DNA of 56,319 nucleotides, filler included, from Platydemus manokwari (Eukaryota): NCBI GenBank assembly GCA_037951405.1. It is 5 parts of 5 records of this genome, joined end to end, with 100 filler letters (N's around TTAATTAATTAA, not from the genome) between each part and the next. Parts side by side here need not be neighbours in the genome. Positions count along the whole stretch, not along the records: positions 47,322 to 56,319 come from JBBMOY011316427.1; 4 more parts are not named here. One strand, 5' to 3'. Shown piece by piece: positions 49,901 to 56,319 of this stretch (position 1 is its first letter; each line of letters starts with the position of its first letter). The notes under the pieces were generated by a model. It saw only the letters and a program-made list of their open reading frames with translations, ran no database searches and was not told where the DNA came from. The position numbers and the translations under genes were made by a program.

Positions 49901-51454
49901 ATGCCAAGCATATCGTTTGAAAATGTTAGTACAAAACAAAATAATCGAATAACTTCGGTTGTGAAAAAAAAACTTTATGCTCTGGAAAATATTTTGGATC
50001 ATATTAAAACCAATGACAAGTATGAACCGAGACAATTACTCAAATCTAAACAAAAAGTTGTTAAATTGTTCACTAAAATTTTGAGAGTAATTAAAAGCAT
50101 GGAAACTGGTAAATACGAAAATCTTCATAAAATATTAGACAGAAAATTACCCATGCTGCTGATGGATCTGAAAACAAAAAGCCTTATTTATCATCTCGAA
50201 TCTTTGTTCGTGGAAAATCTTCGAAATTCGTTAAATAATCAAAATACATCTTATACATCAGAAAATGGGAATCAAACCACTGATCTGTGTGTCACATCAG
50301 CAAAATCGAATAAGAAAATTGAGCGAAGTACTTCGACTATTACAAGATTAATGTCCGTGAATAATCCTAAATGCTTGAAAATGGAAAAGCAGCTTTTGTT
50401 GAATGAAATTGATAATTATGTTAGACATTTTTTAATAGATATTGGTACAACAAAAATTCAAAATTCTGTAATAGAACTTTTCTTTGATGAACTCCAAACA
50501 GAACTTGAGCAAACGTTTGAGTCACATGAAGAATATAGTGGGAAAATTCTGAAATCGTTTGATATCAAAATGTTCTCAAAAATCATTAAGTTAAATGAGT
50601 ACCAACAGAAGAAAAATGATAGCAACTTTAATCCATGTTCGAATAGAATTAATGATTCTACTGAAACAACTACCAAATGGAAAAACCATACAACATTTTT
50701 GTGTTATAATGACCATAGCGATGTCAGGGTTTCCTTTTTAACAAGAAACGACGTTAAACATTCTAAGAAACAAAGCATTTATTTAAAAGTCAAAGAACGA
50801 AAAGAAAATTATGAAAATAAACTACATCTTTTCCAGAAATTTTCCACTTACAATAAAGAAAACATTGAAAATATGAAAACAATAAACGAAGTTAATAGTG
50901 ATGAATTAAAGTGTAATTTATCTTGGACTGGTCTTATTCCTGTTTCGAATAATCGAATTCAAAATTCAGACTTAAATAATAATAATAAGTTTAACGCTGC
51001 TAATAATGCTACTCATTCGATAAGCAATGTTCACGGTCTACAAGAAAGCCAATTTTCAGACAAAACCAGCGTCAGTAATTACAGTAATTCACAAAACCCT
51101 TCTAATGATTCTGTATGTGATAGTGTCATGGAAATACGAAAGAAAAACAATCAATCAATGAGAACCATTGTCAAATACAATTTGCCTCGCAGTTTCAGGT
51201 GTACAAGAATTATAAATGCTGCAATTCAATCTGCTAAACTGACGAGTAATCGAGAAAATATTGTTTTAAAATTTATTCTTTCAACAGAAGAAAAAGTCAT
51301 ATCGGTAAAGAATTTGGAAAATATATCGAGCTACGAAACGAAAACATATTTAGATGGTGACAATAATTTCCATCATGTAATTGGAATAAAGATGCAGGAT
51401 TTATCATCTATAGATTCATCTAATCAACGTGTAAGTTTGAAATTATTATTTTAA
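49901..51454 (+). CDS. Hypothetical protein, 517 aa, single ORF, no recognised domain
   Basis: A 1.55-kb stop-free ORF in very AT-rich DNA is unlikely by chance. Helical-looking N-terminal half, N/S-rich low-complexity middle, compact C-terminal segment. No TE catalytic motif recognised. Confidence 0.7.
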   Translation: MPSISFENVSTKQNNRITSVVKKKLYALENILDHIKTNDKYEPRQLLKSKQKVVKLFTKILRVIKSMETGKYENLHKILDRKLPMLLMDLKTKSLIYHLESLFVENLRNSLNNQNTSYTSENGNQTTDLCVTSAKSNKKIERSTSTITRLMSVNNPKCLKMEKQLLLNEIDNYVRHFLIDIGTTKIQNSVIELFFDELQTELEQTFESHEEYSGKILKSFDIKMFSKIIKLNEYQQKKNDSNFNPCSNRINDSTETTTKWKNHTTFLCYNDHSDVRVSFLTRNDVKHSKKQSIYLKVKERKENYENKLHLFQKFSTYNKENIENMKTINEVNSDELKCNLSWTGLIPVSNNRIQNSDLNNNNKFNAANNATHSISNVHGLQESQFSDKTSVSNYSNSQNPSNDSVCDSVMEIRKKNNQSMRTIVKYNLPRSFRCTRIINAAIQSAKLTSNRENIVLKFILSTEEKVISVKNLENISSYETKTYLDGDNNFHHVIGIKMQDLSSIDSSNQRVSLKLLF

Positions 51455-51919
51455 ATTAATTGTTAATAACAAAATTTGTTTGAAATGATTTATAAATATT
51501 TATATCACGAATATTAATCCGATAAGTCAAATCGATTAATTTTAAGTTAAAAATAAATCCGACATTCATGTTTTACATTGTTCCAGTCATTCAGTATCAA
51601 AGTTTAGTGATATTTATTGAATTATTAGTATTATTAAAAAATACATTAACAGGATAGATCTTTAAATAATTACTAGATTTCTCCGTATAAACACTGAACT
51701 TATAAATGAAGCATTCGAACTAACGCAACATCGACGAAATATAAAATTTTATAATCGACGTCAAACAGTGAATATCATAATTTCTTCTGATCAGTATTTA
51801 TATATCTACATAGTTAATTACATACTTCTGTGATCAATTATGACTGAGAATTTTCAATTTAAGAATCGTGGGATGATTGATTTGTACAAAATATTATTTT
51901 TAGGTTAGTAGTATTTCGT

Positions 51920-52290
51920 ATATCATCCGTGTCAAAAGTTACGTTCGTCTTTATCCAAACGAAAAGGTTATTTTCGATTTTACAATCTCTGGTTTTTTTG
52001 AGCAATGAAACTGCATCAAATTTTGTCGAATGAAATTTCTACTACAGAAACATCGAATATTATGTAACAGGCATTCGGTGAGCCGGTCACGGTGAAACGA
52101 AAAATGTATAAGTGGTATAAAATGTTCAAAGAAAATCTAGAAAGTATTGAAGAAGAGTCAGGTCTAAGATGGCCACAATCATTAACTTCCGAAGATCACG
52201 TAAATAAACCAAAGTTTTGTTGTTCACATTTAGAGACCTTGCTGTTACTGCTAACATTTCATTTGAATCAGTCCAGACCATTATAAAAAT
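51920..52290 (+). mobile_element. Truncated mariner transposon relic (transposase N-terminal HTH)
   Basis: EQ*NCIKFC..NEISTTET..QAFGE....KMYKWYKMFKENLESIEEESGLRWPQSLTSEDHVNK matches the mariner N-terminus (EQRxCIKFC...AYGE...VYKWYxxFxxGRExVxDExRSGRP); stops and frameshifts are present. Confidence 0.8.
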
Positions 52291-54897
52291 GTTTTATATC
52301 TCAGATATGTTACTTTTGTTGGTTATTTAATAATAATAATTATTGTTGGCATCAATTGGCACTGCCCGTGACTTAACCAATTACTGGAGTTCTGATGACT
52401 CACCAGTAATAATAAACCTTATTGTTTGCTGTTCATTTGCCTGTATCGTTTCTAAAGGAAGTATGAAGACCGGATAAGCGGCACTAAGCAATTTTGTAAC
52501 TAATGATCTTTAATTAAATTCTATGAAGAGGTCTTTAAATTTATTTCTCATTTCTCTTATAATAGTGGTGCAAATATTATATGCTAACGCAATGATTATT
52601 TTATGTGCTTTTACAGCATTGGTTTTTCGAAACTTTTTATCAAAATTTGATTAATAATATTCCAAAAATACCGTTTTTGCTTGATTAAGCTTTGTGGTAT
52701 TCCTGGCTATTTTAATAAACTCAAGAAAGCTCATTAAAAAATGTTAATTTATTATCATATAATGGTAATTTTGAATTGACATTAAAATTAACTGAGATAA
52801 AATAATAGGTTTAATAATAATTAAACATATTTTTCTGTTATAAACCAAAGAATATAAAAATGAATATTAAAAAAAACCCATTTTTCCGTGAATAATAGAA
52901 TAGAAAGACTATAAAAATAGAAAGAATTAAAGTCCCATAATAACAACCCGATAGGAATGAATTCAATTCAAATGAAAAAGTCAACAGCAATAAACCGGAA
53001 ATGCAGCCCCCATTTTTAATTATTACTCAACCAGTATATAAGACAGTCAACAGTTAAAATCTTTGCCCTGAAACCATGCAAGATCTCCCTTTACTATATA
53101 CAAGAAGATCATTCGTTTTTTTGAAGCCGAGCCAATTCTTCGGTCAAGCCCTCTAATTCGATAGGAAGAGAATATAAATATTTTGATCCAAAACGTGTAA
53201 AGATCTAAAGTGGCATCGTTCGCATATAATCAGATATAATTATTTATACGCCACATTCTTCCTATTTATCGAGGGTAGCTTAAATATCTTGAAATAGATA
53301 CTTTCCAAATACCGATAAAGGGGCTTGTTTGGTCTACAGTCTTCTACCCTGAATTGTTGCACATTGATTCCACCGTTTAGTCATATAATGTGGCATTAAA
53401 ATTCTAGATGTTTAAAAGTATTAATTTCCTTTTAATTGTCAATTATGTAACAATGGTAAAAAAGTATTGAACTTTGTATATTTGTAATCCGTAATAAATA
53501 TTTTTATCCATAAAATCCGTTTGTTATCAATCAGGTAGTTGGCTATAAGGATTCCCAATTTCATAGTTAAATAAATTCATTGTCATTCATCTCCTTTTAA
53601 ATATATTGTGGGAATAAATTTAAAAGAGAAAAAGACTGATAACAAAATTGAAGCAAATTTCGAGACAACAAAAGTCATTGATAGATTTTAAGTTTAGTAG
53701 ATCATTATCTACGCCGCTGAACTTATCTTCATATAAGTTGAGAACGTCGAGGCGAAGAAAGGACATTAAACTAAATACTACCTGATGGTCAAACTGACCC
53801 TACAGACTGATAAAAATGTGAACAGTGATCAATCAATTAATCAATCAACGACCCGAAAATGTATCATAATTATTAATATTTATTTTTGTCAGTATTTTGA
53901 TCATTTGTACTACAACTCAATATTTTAATCGATAATTAGCTCTTATTTTTCATTTGGTGTTAGGTAGAACAGTTTTAAATCTACCTAAGAATAAACAGTT
54001 GTACTAATTTATAAAATAAAAAGTGGAATATATTTCAATAAACCTACTCAAAAATTAACAAATAAAACTATGCCCAATATCTCGAAGATATTACATTGAA
54101 AGGCCATTTACAAGATTATGAATTTATTTTACAATGAATATATAACAATTCTTTTTCAATATCTATTTGTATTTTTCTTTGATTTATCAACTCAGAACGA
54201 AAACATTATGCTGACAGTAGTCAATAACTTTATCACTTAATTCTATTTGATAAAATTTATGATTGTATGTTTGAATCATCATTTCAAATTCTGAATAATC
54301 TATCAAAAATATCTTTCTTTTTTGGCAATTATTTTACCAACTAATGCAGTATCTCGATAATTTAGGTTTATGCCAATCGATTTTCTATTACGAGGTATGT
54401 GATTCACTTAAAATTAATAAACATCGAGTATTAATACGATGAAATGAGGTAAACAAAATTATTTAGGTTTTCAAATAATGATTTTAATATAATGATTCTT
54501 ATTGTAGATTATGGTGCGTTGCGTTCGTGAATTTCTTAATTTATAATTTTCGATTCTTTCGAAACAACTAGAGTGAGGAATAAATTCAAGTTAATATTAG
54601 TAAATAATCAATAAAATATGCTCGAGAAATTCTACAATACATACCAAGAAACTTTGTGTAAAATAATTATATGAGAATGTGTTAATGGCAATGTATTCTT
54701 ATGACATTTTAGAAATGTTAACTTCAATTCTCAATCAAAATATAAACAAAAATTATTTTTAGACACAGTTCATAATTTTTGAATTGCAAATGATAATTAT
54801 TTTTTATCGTCGTAATGATTTTAAATTCACAATCTTAATAATAATTATGCCTTAAAATTCTTAAAATAACTATGGTTTTTTTTTTATTATCGAGTAG

Positions 54898-55251
54898 GAG
54901 TACAAAATTAAACGAAGTCGAATAATAAAGCAAATTATCATGGTACCGAAGATAATTTATAACTATCTTTATGATATGAGCTCAAAAAAGGACCACCGAA
55001 TTCTTCACATCGAACAATTTTGCAACTGTCAATTATCTTTGAAGAATAAATTCGATTCGACTGACAGTTTCTGTTGTCCGATCAAATCAAGCATATTGAT
55101 AAACGTTGTATACGACATTGAAAAGGGAAACGAAATCGGTTGTTTGAATATGATTAAACGAATGTTGAATATTTTCCAGTATCAAGTGAGAATCATTCGT
55201 GAATTTAAAATCACAGTCGATGGCTATTTTGAAGAAACCTTTTACAAATGA
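54898..55251 (+). CDS. Possible terminal exon or small gene of unknown function
   Basis: The 103-aa ORF extends upstream in frame to a tag|gag acceptor after a T-rich tract (EYKIKRSRIIKQIIMVPK...EETFYK*). No homology recognised. Confidence 0.3.
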   Translation, partial: EYKIKRSRIIKQIIMVPKIIYNYLYDMSSKKDHRILHIEQFCNCQLSLKNKFDSTDSFCCPIKSSILINVVYDIEKGNEIGCLNMIKRMLNIFQYQVRIIREFKITVDGYFEETFYK

Positions 55252-56319
55252 AAATGAAAAATTATTTTTGCAAATAATCCAAATTGCAAAATATATGTTG
55301 ATTATTTTACTCTAATCCTTTTTCTAGATAATAAAATGTCAGTTGTGTGACCTTCAATATTTTTACTATTCATTTTTATCTTTGAGTTCTATTTACCGAT
55401 AACATTTCCGTTTTTGTGTATTACACCTGGTTTTTGAATTAATTATGTATACTTTGATAAAGCTAATAGCAATGTTTAAAAATTAAAATAGTATATTTTC
55501 ATTTTAAATTTATCTTAAAATCCTAACAATTCTCAACAACTTAATTGGAGTCTAACCGCCAGTTTTTCTCTTTTATCAATCAAGTGATATATTAGGAGAA
55601 AATAGATGAAAAAATATATAAGACTTTTTCTAAATTAGACGATAAATATTGAATATTTCCTTTCAATTTAATTCACCATTAAATCTTATAGTGAATAGAG
55701 GCAAAGGGTAGATGAGGAAAAGAAGACGCAACAACAACAGCAACCATCTTCCAATAATTAATTTATTATAGTCAAATATACTTTGTTCAATATCAACTTA
55801 AAGTCGTTATGATATGGTCATCACAAACCTTTTAAAATATACATCACTTGCTTTAAAATGACGTTTTTCGCAAAATATGGAATTCATATTTATATACTTC
55901 ATATTTATATCATATACCATTATATGATATTGTTCAAAGTTATTTATTAAATTATGATTTCTTATGAAGTAAATCTTGCCAAGTATAATAGTATATTTTT
56001 AATTATTTTATAGAAGCTATCTTATCGCAAATTAACAGTCAGAATAATAGATTAGAATATTTGTATAATTTTTCAATTCAGAAAGAATTTACTACGATAA
56101 ATATTTTTTTTATGAAAATATACGTTTTAATTTAAAAATCAGAAAGCTGTAAGTGAATATTTTTATACGAATTCTTAAGGAAAATTATCAATATTGTACT
56201 TAAATTAAAAATATAAAAATTAATAGAATATTCGAGAACATTTTGATTAAAAGAATCATGTTTTCATGAGATTATATAACTAAACAAATCGATAAAAGGA
56301 TTGCCAATTTTTCATAAAT

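Overview
AT-rich, intron-containing animal genomic DNA; a planarian or other flatworm is my inference from composition, short introns and repeat style, not something proven. The window is not one continuous locus. Four identical 100-bp artificial spacers (44 N + TTAATTAATTAA + 44 N) split it into five segments: 1-9737, 9838-22073, 22174-35073, 35174-47221 and 47322-56319. Segment 1 holds a two-exon PRD-class homeobox gene (homeobrain-like) and a convergent, apparently decayed C-type lectin gene. Segment 2 holds three internal exons of a canonical beta-arrestin on the minus strand. Segment 3 holds an intronless, highly divergent 643-aa arrestin-fold gene carrying four blocks of SPK(K) repeats, plus LINE relics and a hAT MITE. 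Segment 4 holds a Gypsy relic with a very short AGT...ACT LTR, a possible Polinton relic, and two divergently oriented two-exon genes for secreted, cysteine-rich, strongly cationic peptides. The ORF track does not reconstruct either peptide gene; both are candidate novel antimicrobial or toxin peptides. Segment 5 holds the 3' end of a related Gypsy element, an orphan 517-aa ORF and a mariner relic. The best candidates for undescribed biology are the cationic Cys-rich peptide gene pair and the SPKK-arrestin.
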